A stretch of DNA of 60,000 bases from Mobula hypostoma (Eukaryota): NCBI RefSeq assembly GCF_963921235.1, contig NC_086097.1, forward strand, positions 19,780,001 to 19,840,000. Reading direction: 5' to 3'. Position numbers and translations under genes: made by a program. A model generated the notes under the pieces. It did no database searches, had not been told where the DNA came from, and worked only from the letters and a program-made list of their open reading frames with translations. This document shows, piece after piece, positions 1-13,414 of the stretch (within the stretch, counting starts at the first letter, position 1; each line of letters begins with the position of its first letter).

Positions 1-262
1 GTATGCCTCAATCAAATCTCCTGTCAATCTTCTATGTGCCAAGGAATAAAGTCCTAGCCTATTAAATGTTTCCTTATAATTCAGATCCTCCAGTCCCAGC
101 AATGTCCTTGTAAGTATTTTCCATACTCTTTCAACCTTATTGACATCTTACCTGTAGGTAGGTGACTAAAACTGCACAGAATACTCCAAATTAGGCTTCA
201 CCAAGTTTCATACAACTTCAACATAACATCCCATCTCCTGTACTCAATACTTTGATTTATGA
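1..262 (-). mobile_element. CR1-type LINE RT fragment
   Basis: Reverse strand resembles the CR1 RT C-terminal region (LEY.VQF.SP motif at about 160-195). Confidence 0.6.
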
Positions 263-611
263 AGGAAAATAAATGGCTGATTTAATTTCCCTCTTTCACA
301 ATCTCAGATTACTGCAAGGAGTTTTACACCAATACATGTGACCATTATTGCATTGTAGGAAGTGCAGTGGTCAAACAGCACACTTGTAGCTCCCACAGCA
401 TCAGTCCAGAGCAACCAGATTGGAGACAGTGATTTAGTCTTCATTATTTAATTAAGGAGGGTTATGGTCTGGGTGCAGATCAATGGGAGTCGCCAGTTTA
501 AATAGTTCAGCATGGACTAGATGAGACGAAGGGCCTGTTTCTGTGGCATATTTTTCTATGATTGTTTATCGGCCAACAACACTAACTCCCTTTTCTGCTT
601 TGCAATAACGT

Positions 612-885
612 CCATAAGACATTGGAGCAGAATTAAGCCATTCGGCCCATTGACTCTGCTCTGCCATTCCATCATCTTCCCTCTCAACCCCAATCTCCTG
701 CTTTTTTCCCCATAACCTCTGACTCCCTGACCAACCACGAACATACCAACCTCCGCTTTAAATATGCCCAATGACTTGGCTGCCACAGCTGTCTGTGGCA
801 ATGAATTCCACAGATTCACCACCCGCTGGCTAAAGGAATTCTTCTTCATCTCTGTACTAAAGGGATGTCTTTGTATGATGAGGCC
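612..885 (-). mobile_element. CR1-type LINE 3' end
   Basis: FSQRVVNLWNSLP motif and the CR1 3' UTR shared with many copies in the window. Confidence 0.75.
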
Positions 886-1049
886 TCCTCTTGCTCCTAA
901 TTCATCGGGTCAAAAGTTCATATCAATTCCCACCCTTCACCTTGTCCTGCAGCTCAAAACCTGCTTGTTTTCTGACCCTTCCCCGTTCTGAGAAGAGGCC
1001 AGTGATCTGAGACGTTTCCGCAGCTTAACGGAGCCCTCAAAACAGCAAA

Positions 1050-1380
1050 GGGACGAGTGGAACAGAGGGGTGACATCGGGAGGTGGGAGAGAGGAGTAAC
1101 GGAGATGGGGGGGGAGGAGAGAGCAAGGGGTAAGGGAGGTCACAACGGGAGTAAGAAAAATGAGAAAACAGGTTTTGCAGTGGGAAGGATCGAAGAGGAG
1201 GAGGGAACTGGGTGAAGGGGCAAAGGGGACAGGAGGGCGAAGGGGACGGGGGTGGAAGGGCGAAGAAGATAGGGGGCAAAGTGGACATTGTGGTGGGAGT
1301 CAAAGTGGGTGGGGAGGAGGGCAAATTGGACGGGGGAGCAAGGTGGAAGGAGAGGAAGGAGAGGGAGCAAAGGGGACGGT
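1050..1380. repeat. Low-complexity purine-rich (G/A) tract at the start of ACSS1-like intron 1
   Basis: Runs of GGA/GGG/GAAG over about 330 bp; the overlapping ORFs are Gly/Glu/Arg- or Pro/Ser/Leu-rich artefacts. Confidence 0.7.
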
Positions 1381-1910
1381 GCGAGACGAGATCCGCCACG
1401 TTCTGAAACACTCACCCGAGACATTGAGCTGCCCGCCCTCGAACCATCGGATCTTGCCGCGGGACAGGTCACAGTCGCTCACCGTGTGGAAGGGGCTGAT
1501 CCAGGACAGCCGGTCCCTGGCCAGCGCCCCCCAGAACCGTTCGGCCTGTTGCAAGGAGAATTGCCGCAGAGCCGGGTAGTCCCGGACCCCGGCGAAAGCC
1601 GTCGCCTCGGGCATAAACGCCGAAATGTCGCCGGTGCAGCAGCACCGGGCGAGCAGCGAGCCGAGACGGTCGGGCAGGAGGACCCGGAGCGAGGCGAGCG
1701 GCTTCCCCACCAGCCTCATGGTTCAGCCGTGTCGCTAGTGGTCCCGGGAACAGCAACGGATTCAGCGGAACTCGGGCAGCGACCGGACGCCGAACTGGGA
1801 ACCTGCCTCGGGGCGGGTGACGAAGTCCACATCTGGCTTGGGTTTCGCGTTCAAAATGTGATCGCGTCGCTCTCCAGCTCCTCCTATGATCCGCTATCCC
1901 ATCGTCCGCC
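1380..1910 (-). promoter_or_regulatory. CpG-island promoter / first-exon region of the ACSS1-like gene
   Basis: Strongly CpG-rich against a CpG-depleted background. GC box GGGGCGGG at 1810-1817 abuts a half-CRE TGACG at 1818-1822. No obvious TATA box. Confidence 0.65.
1416..1719 (-). CDS. acss1: Exon 1 of a mitochondrial acetyl-CoA synthetase (ACSS1 family, probably the ACSS1B paralogue)
   Basis: ATG at 1719-1717 in an ACCATG context. Arg/Leu/Ser-rich N-terminus typical of a mitochondrial presequence, followed by ACS N-terminal motifs FWGALARDRLSWISPF and IRWFEGGQLNVS. Ends at a G|GTGAGT donor (GT at 1415-1414, phase 1). Further exons are not seen in the window. Confidence 0.9.
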
Positions 1911-2676
1911 GTTTCAGCAATTCCCTCTGATTAACATCTAAACTTCCCAACATTTGAGAAGTTTGTATAAGTACATGGATGCGAGGGGCATGGAGGGCTA
2001 TGATCCAGATACAAGTCTATATCAGAATAATAGATTATATTGTCATTATATAGATTCTAATGATAGGCATGTTTCTATGGTGTGGGACTCTTTTGACTCT
2101 ATCCACGTTTCATTTAGAATTATAGACTAATAACCCAACAGAAACAAACTCCAACAGTCTATCTAGTCTATGCCATCCAAGCCAAGGTGCCTATCTAACT
2201 TAATTACTTACCTGAGCCCATCACCCCTACTGGGACATAGGCCATCGACAGCAGCCGTCCTGGACCAGTCCTTCAAGTTATCTCAGATGCAGCCCATCTT
2301 CTCCTGCCTCTCCCAGGGATGAGGTCTTTAGAGTTTCTGCTGGTGTTTCAGTGGCACTGGGTTTTAACGTGATGGGGTTGCTAGCCGAATGTCCTACTCT
2401 CCTCCTTTCACAGCCGGGCTTGGGACCATCCATGGCGCAGTTACGCCCACCCAAGCTGGTCTCATTTGCCCGTGTTTGGCCCATATCAATTAATAAATAA
2501 CACTTGGTGACAATTTTATTATTGGAATGCACAGGAGCCCTTCAGCCCACGATGTCTATGCCAGCCATGAGGACAACATCTCCAGAATTGTCTGTTTTCT
2601 CTTCAGATTTCCAGGTTCTGTTTCTGAGTATCATACAGGTGAGATTTGCTGAGAACTTATTTTCATCCTTCCTGTG

Positions 2677-3970
2677 ATGTTCACAGCAGATGCCATCTCA
2701 TTGACTCTTCACTCAACCCTGGCACATCTGGCCAACAAAGGTGCATGCAGCAGGATCCTCTTTTTTAAGTACAGCCCAGCATTCAATGCCTTCGTCCCCT
2801 CAAAACTAATCAATAAGCTCAAGACATTGGCTTCAAAGCCTCCTTGTATAATTGGATCCTAGATTTCCTTACTTGCAGACCCCAGTCAGTTTGGATTGGC
2901 AATGACATCTCCTCCACAATCTCCATCAGTACAGGTGTACCACAAGACTGTGTGCTTAGCCCCCTGATCTACTTGCTTTACACTTATGACTGTGAGGCTA
3001 AGCACAGCTCCAATGCCATATTTAAATTTGCAGACAACACCACTGTCTTGGTCGAATCAAAGGTGGTGACAAATCAGCATATAAGAGGGAGATTGAAAAT
3101 CTGGCTGAGTGATGCCACAACAGCAACCTCTCATTCAATGTCAGTAACACCAAGGAGCAAAATTATTGACTTCAGGAGGAGAAATTGGAGATCCATGAGC
3201 CAGTTCTCATTGCAGGATCAGAGGTGGAGAGAGTCAGCACTATTAAATTCCTCAGTGTTATCATTTCGGAGGTCCTGTTCTGGGAAGTACGGTACTTAGT
3301 AGTTTACAAAGATTTGTCATGACATCTAAAACATTGACAAACTTCTATACATGTGTGGTGGAGAGTATATTGACTGATTACGTCACAGCCTGGTATGGAA
3401 ACACCAATACCCTTGAACGGAAAATCCTACAAGCAGTAATGGATGTGGCCCAGTCCATCACAAGTAAAGCCCTCCCCACCATTGAGCACAGCTACACGGA
3501 ACTTAGTTGCGGAAAGCAGCATCTATCATAAGGGACCCCTACTGCCCGCTTCTCGCTGCTACCGTCAGGAAGAAGGTACAGGGGCCTCAGGACTCACACT
3601 ATCTGGTTCAGAAATAGTTTTTACTTCTCAACCATCAGGTCCTTGAACCAAAGGAGATAACTTCATTCATCTTCACTTGCCCCATCATTGAAAAGTTCCC
3701 ACAACCTATGGACTCATTTTCACCTTCATCTCATGATCTCAATATTTATTGTTTATTTGTTCATAATTATTATTATCATTATTATTTATTTTTTCCCTTT
3801 CTTTTTGTCTTTTGCACACTGGTTGTCCCCTCTGTTGGTGTGGTCTTTCATTGATTCTATTATGGTTATTGTTTTCACTGAGAACGCCTGCAGGATAGTG
3901 AATCTCGGGGTTTTATATGGTGATATACAGTATATGTACTTTGAAAATAAAATTACTTTGAACTCTGAAC
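2677..3970 (+). mobile_element. Degenerate Rex-Babar LINE, 3' half
   Basis: [32 protein letters not shown] and FYTCVVESILT motifs, with frameshifts. Confidence 0.8.
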
Positions 3971-4175
3971 TAACATGGCAATCAGTTTTGTACAGTACTC
4001 AAGATGTTGGGCTAACCAAAGTCTGTAACATGACCTTGACTTTTACACAAACACTCTGATTAACGAAGGCGAGTGTGTCATTTACCTTCTTTACCATGCT
4101 AAGAACTTGCTCTTTTCAAACAACTGCCTAAAATCTAAAGAAAAGGGGCATTAAATACTCTATTATTTACACAGT

Positions 4176-4477
4176 TTAAGGATTAAGGATAAAGGGGAAG
4201 CCTTTTAGGACCGAGATGAGGAAAAACTTCTTCACACAGAGAGTGGTGAATCTGTGGAATTCTCTGCCACAGGAAACAGTTGAGGCCAGTTCATTGGCTA
4301 CATTTAAGAGGGAGTTAGATATGGCCCTTGTGGCTAAAGGGATCAGGGGGTATGGAGAGAAGGCAGGTACAGGGTTCTGAGTTGGATGATCAGCCATGAT
4401 CATACTGAATGGCGGTGCAGGCTCGAAGGGCCGAATGGCCTACTCCTGCACCTATTTTCTATGTTTCTATGTTTCTA
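4176..4477 (+). mobile_element. 5'-truncated CR1 copy, same family as the 13415-16663 element
   Basis: Very similar to the reverse complement of about 13415-13712; ends in a (TTTCTATG)n tail. Confidence 0.85.
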
Positions 4478-6779
4478 TTATTGGAATATAGTCATAGTCA
4501 TACTTTATTGATCCCGAGGGAAATTGGTTTTCGATACAGTTGCAAGTGATAAAACCATAAATAATTAAATAGTGATAAAACCATAAATAGTTAAATATTA
4601 ATATGTAAATTATGCCAGGAAAGAAGCCATGGAATATTAATATAATAATATGCCGAAGTCCAGAAAATCTGCCCAGAGTTTCAAGAGTAGCAGACCAATG
4701 GAATTTCACTAAACCAATTTTCCCATAATTAGAACATCACGACCATAAAACCCAGAATCTCTGTCAATGTACAGTCCACCCAGTTCAGAGCAGTTGTTCC
4801 AAGAACAGAACGTTCAAGGGAACCTCATGATGTTCGGAAACTTGGTAACCAGAAGACACCGATCTGTCACAGAGTCATAGAAAAGTACAGAAACAGGCCT
4901 TTTGGCCCATCTAGTCCATGCTGAAACATCTGAACAACAAAATAAAACTGCAGAAGCTGGAACTTCCAGAGTGTAGCTGAGAGCTTGGCTAAGAAGCCTG
5001 AATCTGAGGAGAGCAAGTATCTCAGAATTCTATAGGTCTGAAGAAATGAGGAGGGGTGAGGGAAAGGGAGAATATAAAAGCATGGAGTTAATCAGGGACA
5101 TGCATTGGAACTTATGTCCAACCACTGTTGGAAGAATGAGTCGACCACAAGCACAGGAAAACTCCAATAATCTGGCAGATTGGGACTTTGATGGCACCGC
5201 ACTGACTGACTGTCCAAATGAAAAGATGACCATCCAGTTCCCTCCACAGAAGTCTATCCAGCATTTTGTGTGTATCTGATTTTCCAGTCTGTCAGATGTT
5301 TATTTATATTTCACTTTTTAAAATATCTATGTACAGTACCATTCAGAAGATTTAATTAGGCACACACATATATATATAGCTAAGGTGCCTAAGATTTTTG
5401 CACAGTACCACATTTGTCAATGTGGAGCCGGCAAGTTTGTAAATCTGGTGGGAACAAAGGATGTTGGGAATAGTGAGGGTGGAGCGCCACGGGAGGGATG
5501 TGGGACAGGTGACAGAGAAGAAATGTCGTGTCGGGAGTGGGGCAAGTGTAGACACACCCAACCCTGAGACACAAAGCTCCTGGAGCATGGCAGTGAAGAG
5601 AAGAGGGGATGACCCAGATAGTGAGGGTCCTCAGTGATAGATGCCACTTTCTTGAGTCACCACGTTTTGAAAATTGGGGTGAGAGAGTTTTACACAAACT
5701 CTGCTCAGCCAGTGAGTGAGAAACAGACAAGGACTCCGATCTCTGCTCCTGGTGCACTATTGGTCCACAATTTGGATCTCAGCACCAAACTGCTCTGGAA
5801 CAATGAGTGATGCAATTGGCAAACTATTAAAGTTTCCAGATAATCAATTGCCCAACCATATACACCCATGCCTGAGTGTATGTGCAAATATGATGTACTT
5901 AATTATCATCGGGCAGGGTTCTCTAGAAGGTGACCATAAAATTCTTTTAATCTATATCCTTTCACAGAGAGGAGCAACTGGTGACGTGTTTGAGGTCTTC
6001 AGGATTAAGCAAGGGGTAGAGAAATGGAAGAAATACTTTCACATTTAAAGAACACATGCAGGAACACAGATCAAACGATTTCAGACAAACAGGAGCCAAA
6101 TGGAACTGGATTAAGTGGGCATCTTGGTCGGCATGGACAAATTGGGCTCTTGTTTTCGGAGGACTCTGCAGTTCATGTTATACATGTTTCTGGTTACTGC
6201 TTTTGTTATTGCTATTCTGCCCAATTTTGATTGGGGTGGACTGGCTCTGCGGCCGGCAGTTAGTGAACAACACAGCGCTAAGTTGAACTGAACTCAACTA
6301 AACTAAACGTTTCTAGACTGTTTCAAGGATTCTGTGGCTTGATGATTAATATTCTTTGTGTTATTCACTCGGTTTTTTACTGTTTGCATGATTTGTTCTT
6401 TTTCTTGCACGTTGGTTGTTTGATATTTTCTTTGAATGGGTTCCATGGTGTTTCTCTGTTTCATGCCTGTTGGTGGGAAGGCGAATCTCAGGGCTGTATA
6501 CCGTATACATACTTTGATACCAAACGCACTTTGAATCTTTGAAGAGCCCGTTTCTCTGCTGTATTCACACCTCCCTCCCACATCTTTGTACTGTCCATCT
6601 TCCCTCTACACCCTCAGCCCTGACTGCAGTGTCTCGATTCAAAAGGTCAACTGTCCTTTAGCTTCCACAGATGCCACCTGACCTGCTGGCATCCCCCAGA
6701 TGTTTGTTTTTAGCCCTTTGTACCTGTGCCGGCTGAGAAAAGCTAGCTTAGCTGAGGCAATTGATTCAAACCGCATTTG

Positions 6780-7300
6780 CAATGTTGTGAGCACTTTCGG
6801 CCCCTTATCTAAGAAAAGATGTGCTGGCATTGGAGTGGGTCCAGAGGAAGTTCATGAGAATGATCCTGGGAATGAAATGGTTAATTTACATGGACCATTT
6901 GATGGCTCTGGGCCTGTACACAACGGAGTTTAGAAGATTGAGGGGGATCTCATTAAAACTGATCAAATATTGAAAGGCCTTGATAGAGTGGATTTGGAGA
7001 GAATGTTTCCGGTAACTGGGGAGTCCAGCACCAGAGGGCACAGCCTCAGGATATAAGGACGTCCATTTGGAACTGAGAAGAGGAAGAATTTCTTTCGCCA
7101 GAGGGCAGTGAATCTGTGGAATTCATTACCACTGGCGGCTGTGGAGGCCAAGTTATTAGGCATATTTAAAGTGGAGGTTCATAGATTCTTAAGGGCATCA
7201 AAGGCTATGGGGAGAAGGCAAGAGAACGGGATTGAGAGGGATATAAATCAGCCATGATAGGATGCTGGAGCAGACTCAATGGGCCAAAAGGTCTTATGCT
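6780..7300 (+). mobile_element. CR1 LINE 3' fragment
   Basis: RT C-terminal coding remnant and CR1 3' UTR. Confidence 0.75.
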
Positions 7301-8589
7301 CTTAAAAGACAGTCCACTCTTCTACTGTCCTGATGAAGGGTCTCGGCCCAAAATGTTGACTGTTTATTCATTTCCATGAATGCTGCCTGGCCTGCTGAGT
7401 TCCTCCAGCATTTTGTGCGTGTTGCCTTGGATTTCCAGCAGATTTTCTCATGTTTGTGAAGGGGTAGATTGATCCTAGTGTGCTGTACCATGCAAAAGTC
7501 TTTAGGCACCCTAGATTTTTCTATATGGTTTCAGATGGTATGGCCTTCACAGAGCCCTGATCTCAATATCTTTGAGACTGTCTGGGATTACCTGGAGAAG
7601 TAGAAATAAACCAGATAGCCAAAGTTTGCAGAAGAACTGTGACAAGTTCTCCAAGATGCTCTGAACCATCTATCAGCTGATTTCCTTATAAAACTGAACG
7701 ACATTGTACCTAAGACAATTGATGCAGTTTTAAAGACAAAAGGCACTCATGCTAAATATTGATATGATTTAGTATTTTTACAGTTTACAGATCTTTATAG
7801 TAATTCTTTGATATTTAGAAACTTTTCAATTGATTATTTTTGAAAACATCTTGGCTTTGCAGATTTTTTTTTACATGTGTCTAAGACTTTTGCACGGTAC
7901 TGCAGGTTGAAAGAACAGCACAAAATTGTGGGCCAAAGGGCATGAAGTGTGCTGTGCTGTTCTATATTCTAGTACAGGTTTTACTTGGGAGGGAAGGAAT
8001 GTAAAGGTGATCTGAGAGGTTTGTTTTTCATACAAAGGATGGTGGTTATCTGGAACGAGGAAGTGGTAGAAGCACATAGAATTAAAACACTTAAATATAT
8101 TTCAGACAGGTACTTGGGTAGGAAACACATAGAAATGGTCTTAGTGCAAGAAAATAAGACTAGCATAGACAGGCCATGACAGTCAGCAAGGAGGAGGGAG
8201 GTTGAAAAGGCCCACTTATGTACTGTGCAGTTCTGTGATTCGACAGTGTGTGAACAACAGCTGAGATGGTTCAGCACAAGGCGGGTGGGATTGTTGCCAA
8301 GGAAGCATTGGGTAGACTAATCCAGCTGCAATAACATATACACAACTCCCAGAATTCCCTGGCAGGCAGGGCAGAAGATGGTGGCTGAGCTGTGTTTTTG
8401 TGCAAAGTTTGTGTAAAACTCCCTCACCTCCTCCAAATTGTTTCAGAAAAGCCACTCGGCTTGCCTTCCCTGGAGCGAAGGAGACTTTATAGAGATACAG
8501 AAAAGAGATATGTAAATGTATCAGAAGCATTAATGTATTATTTTATATAATAGAGATATGTTAGAGATTATAATATATAATAAAGACTG

Positions 8590-9149
8590 TACATGCACTG
8601 GCCACGTTATTAGGTACATCCTGTACCCAACAGAGGGGCCACTGAGTGTATGTTCATGGTCTTATGCTGTTGTAGCCCATCCACTTCACGGTTTGACGTG
8701 TTGTGTGTTCAGAGATGCTCTTCTGCACACCACTGTTGTAACACGTGTTTATTTGAGTTACTGTCACCTTCCTGTCAGCTTGAACCAGTCTGACCTTTCA
8801 CCTCTGACCGCTCTCATTAACAAGGCATTTTCACCCACAGAACTGCTCCTTTTCTTGTTTTTTTTTTGTTTTTCGCACCAACCTCTGTAAACTCTAGAAA
8901 CTATTATTTGTGAAAATCCAAGGAGATCAGCAGTTTCTGAGATAATAAAACCACCCCGTCTGGAACCAACAATCATTCCATGGTCAAAGTCACTAAGATC
9001 ACATTTCTTCCCCACTCTGATGTTTGGTCTGAACAACAACTGAACCTCTTGACCATGTCTGCATGCTTTTATGCATTGAGTTGCTGATTCAATATTTGCA
9101 TTAGTGAGAAGGTAGACAGGTTTACCTAATAAAGCAGCCACTGAGTGTA
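8590..9149 (-). mobile_element. Non-autonomous Tc1-like DNA transposon (N-terminal HTH remnant only)
   Basis: Terminal inverted repeats related to TACACTCAGTGGCCACTTTATTAGGTAC; internal GKKCDLSDFDHGMIVG...SETADLLGFS...VSRVYR Tc1 HTH. Confidence 0.8.
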
Positions 9150-9924
9150 TAATAGAGAAGCATTATTATTTTAGTCTGATCAACATCTCCACCCTTTAAC
9201 CCACCCCACCAACCCCCACTACCAGTACATACACGTCACCTGGCACCACATACAATCAATGTTATTGGTACAGTACATTGTGTTTTATAGGGTTGCTTTT
9301 ATCTTTACATTTATTGTGCTCTGTATGCTTATTGTGTTTTATTTACACTGCTTCATATCCGGAGCAATGATCGTTTCGTTCTCCTTTACACACAAGAATG
9401 AAAATGAACTATCTTAAATCCTGAATCTTGGGTATGAATATATTATTATCACATACAACATAGAACAGTATAGGCGATGTTGTGCTGACCTTTTAACCTA
9501 CTTCGAGATCGATCTAACCCTTCCATCCCACATAGAACCTCTATTTTCTTTCATCCGTTTGCCTACCTAAGAGTCTTTCAAACACTCCTAATATAACTGC
9601 CTCTACCACCACCCCTGGCAGTGTGTTCCATGCACCCACCATTCTCTGTGTAAAAACCTTCCTCTGATATCCCACTTATACTTTGCTCTAAGTACATTAA
9701 AATTATGTCCTCCAGAAGGATTCCAGTGTGGGAAAAAGGCGCTGGCTGTCCACTCTATCAATGCCTCATCCTCCTTTCATCATATATATTAGACATATAC
9801 TAGATATATTACATATCAAAGTTCAAAGTTTAAATAAGTTTATTATCAAAGTACATATATATCACCATATACAAACCTGAAATTCATTTCCTAGTGGGCA
9901 TACTCAATAAGTCCACAACATCGA

Positions 9925-10692
9925 CAACTCCTCCGTACAGAACGTTAAGAGCACCAAATTTCTTGGTGTTCACCTGGCGGAGGATCTCACCTGGTCCCTC
10001 AACACCAGCTCCATAGCAAAGAAAGCCCAGCAGCATCTCTACTTTCTGCGAAGGCTGAGAAAAGTCCATCTCCCTCCCCCCATCCTCACCACATTCTGCA
10101 GAGGTTGTATTGAGAGCATCCTGAGCAGCTGCATCACTGCCTGGTTTGGAAATTGCACCATCTCGGATCGCAAGGCCCTGCAGCAGATAGTGAGGTCAGC
10201 TGAGAAGATCATCGGGGTCTCTCTTCCGTCCATTACAGACATTTACACCACACGCTGCATCCGTAAAGCAAACAGCATTATGAAGGACCTCACGCACCCC
10301 TCATACAAACTCTTCTCCATCCTGCTATCTGGCAAAAGGCACCGAAGTATTCGGGCTCGCACAACCAGACTATGTAACAGTTTCTTCCCCCAAGTCATCA
10401 GACTCCTCAATACCCAGAGCCTGGACTGACACCAACCTACTGCCCTCTACTGTGCCTATTGTCTTGTTTATTATTTATTGTAATGCCTGCACTGTTTTGT
10501 GCACTTTATGCAGTCCTGGGTAGGTCTGTAGTCCAGTGTAGTTTTGTGTTGTTTTTACGTAGTTCAGTGTAGTTTTTGTATTGTTCATGTAGCACCATGG
10601 TCCTGAAAAACATTGTCTTGTTTTTACTGTGTACTGTACCAGCAGTTATAGTCAAAATGACAATAAAAAGTATCTTGATTTGACTTGACTTG
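9925..10692 (+). mobile_element. Rex-Babar LINE 3' fragment with (GACTT)n tail
   Basis: [27 protein letters not shown] and NSFFPQVIRLLN motifs; 3' UTR nearly identical to the reverse complement of 51936-52240. Confidence 0.8.
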
Positions 10693-10699
10693 AGCATAA

Positions 10700-11460
10700 T
10701 AATAACCATAATAGAATCAACGAAAGGCCGCACTAACTGGGCGTTCAATCAGAGTACAAAGGACAACAATCTGCGGAAATACAAAAAGAAAGAAACAATG
10801 ACAATAAATAAAGAAGCAATAAAATGAAGAACGTTGGTTGTCTGTACCTTCTTCCTGATGGTAATGGTAAAAAGAAAGCATGACCTGGCTATTGTGGGTC
10901 CCTAATCATGATGCTGCTTTCCTGCGACAATGCTTTGTGTAGTGTATTCAATGGTGGAGAGGGCTGCTTTACCCATACTGGGGCGTATCCTTTATTTTTT
11001 GAAAGATTTTCCATGTAAAGACATTGGTGATTCCATACCAGCCTGAGATGTAATTAGTCAATATACTCTCCACTACACATCTATATAAGTTTATCAAAGT
11101 TTTCGATCTTCGCAAACTCCTAAGTAGATAGAGGTGCTGCCGCGATTTCTTTTTAATTGCACTTATGTGCTGGGTCCAGGATAGGTTTTCCGAAATGATA
11201 ACACTGAGGAATTTAATGTTGCTAACCTTCTCCACCTCTGATCCTCCGATGAGGACTGGTTTCCTCCTCCTGAAGTCCATAATCTGCTCCTTGGTCTTGC
11301 TGACCTTTGGGGAGAGGTTATTGTAATGACACTACTCTGTCAGATTTTCAATATCCCTTCTATATGCTGATTCATCACCACATTTGTTTTGGCCTACGAT
11401 AGTGGTGTCTTCAGCAAACTTGAATATGGCATTGGAGCTGTGCTTAACCACAAGGTCATA
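10700..11460 (-). mobile_element. Degenerate Rex-Babar LINE fragment
   Basis: [16 protein letters not shown] and LYRCVVESILT motifs. Confidence 0.7.
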
Positions 11461-11476
11461 TTGGAGATTATTACAT

Positions 11477-12468
11477 TGTCACGTACCCCGTGACGGGAAT
11501 AAAGAACCAGCAGAGATGGAAAACACTTTGGAGTCCAGTATTGCTATTGACTAATAATATTTATTAGTAGCTATGCAATACAGTAATATAAATGTAGATA
11601 AATCAAGCAGGTTAGCAATGATTATATATAGGTAAGTAAATCAGTAAGTGTGGAAATATATATGAAAAACCAAGCTTCTTCAAGTCTAGGGGTAAAAAGA
11701 TACAGTCTTACGTTGATGAGTAAAGTTCAGTTCAGTTCGTGGTATTGAGTTGAATAGTGAAGGAGAGAGAGGGAGGGAGAGATTTGAGTCTTCAGGTGAG
11801 CTGATGCCGTCGATCTTCTCGTTGTCCTCCGAAATTCCTTAAGAAGTCACTGACTGTGACCACAACAAAGGGGACCGGTTGTCTGTGGTGGAGCTATCAA
11901 CCCAGGCAAGGGTGGACACATGGACAACTCCCCACCAATCAATCCCTTTTCTCACTGCAAGAGCGACTGATCGATCTGCCTGATCGACCCTCCAAAAACC
12001 CACTTTTTCTGCGGGCACAACAAAGCTCATTCAGTGTCCAAAACATGTGTCTGAGGTCTATATCATCTGAGCTCCTATTTATCTCCCCGTGCTGAGCACC
12101 AACTGTCTCTCAAATAACTCCTCCTTCCTTTCTCTGTGTAAGAAATGCAAGCAGGCAAATGTCCTTGAGAAGTCTCAACACGCTGTCGAAAAATCGTAAC
12201 ATTGATTGTCCATCAAATAACGCCACCTTCGGTCACCATAGCAACTTACAAGCTGCTTGGTGCCATCTCCAACTCAGCAGAAATCCAAAAGTTAGCCAGT
12301 TCTTTCTCGTGCCTTAAAGTGACAGTCCAAAAGTTAGTCTTCGTCTCTCTCTCTCTCTTTTCAAAACAACATGTCAGTGTTAAATAATTCTCTCTCTCTC
12401 TTTTCAAAAGCACAGTTCATAGGTGTAATCGAGCACAGGTTATAGGGGTAATTCAGGACCCCGTCACA
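11477..12468. mobile_element. Probable solo LTR (about 990 bp)
   Basis: TGTCACG...CGTCACA termini (TG..CA, imperfect inverted ends); flanks ACAT/ATAT as a 4-bp TSD with one mismatch; non-coding and unlike the neighbouring LINEs. Confidence 0.55.
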
Positions 12469-12805
12469 ATATATCGTAGAGATACTGCATATAAACTATG
12501 AAGGGATAGATGGTCAAGTTCTTTTTCCCAAGATAAGGGTGCCAACTTTTTAGCAACAGCTTCTTCCCCTCCACCATGAGAATTCTGAACAGACAGTGAA
12601 CCAGCCCACCAACACTAACTCATTATTTTTGTTCTTACTTATTTTAATTATATATATATATATTTGTTATTTTACTTTATAGTATATTTTATGTACTGCT
12701 GCCACAAAACAACCAAATTTCACAACATATGTCAGTGATATTAAATCTGATTAAAAACAAGTGGGCAAGAGTTAAAGCTCAGTGGAAGGACTTCCAAGGC
12801 AGAGT

Positions 12806-13414
12806 CAGAATCAGAATCAGGTTTATTATCACCGGCATGTGACGTGAAATTTGTTAACTTAGCAGCAGCAATTCAATGCAATACATAATCTTGCAGAGAA
12901 AAAAAATAAAATAATTATAATAAATAAGTAAATCAATTACTGTATACATATATATTGAACAGATTTTTTAAAATGTGCAAAAACAGATATAGTGTATATT
13001 AAACAAAAAGTGAGGTAGTGTTCAAAGATTCAATGTCCATATAGGAATCAGATGGCAGAGGGGAAGAAGCTGTTCCTGAATTGCTGAGTGTGTGCCTTCA
13101 GACTTCTGTACCTCCTACCTGCTCGTAACAGTGAGAAAAGGGCATGCCCTGGGTGCTGGAGGTCCTTAATAATGGATGCTGCCTTTCTGAGACACCACTC
13201 CTTAAAGATGTCCTGGATACTTTGTAGGCTAGTGCCCAAGATGGAGCTGACTAGATTTACAACCTTCTGCAGCTTCTTTTGGTCCTGTGCAGTAGCCCCT
13301 CCATACCAGACAGTGATGCAGCCTGTCAGAATGCTCTCCACAGTACAACTATAGAAGTTTTTTGAGTGTATTTGTTGACATGCCAAATCTCTTCAAACTC
13401 CTAATGAAGTATAG
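12806..13414 (-). mobile_element. Rex-Babar LINE, 3' part (host of the nested CR1)
   Basis: FYSCTVESILTGCITVWYG and FRNSFFPSAI motifs; (ATTCTG)n tail at 12806-12820. Confidence 0.85.

Noticed and set aside
1037..1941. Overlapping ORFs of 110-217 aa around the ACSS1-like exon
   Set aside because: By-products of GC-rich and low-complexity sequence; no recognisable domains.
2205..2445. Short insertion resembling an RTE-derived non-autonomous element
   Set aside because: Resemblance only from memory; boundaries and family could not be established.
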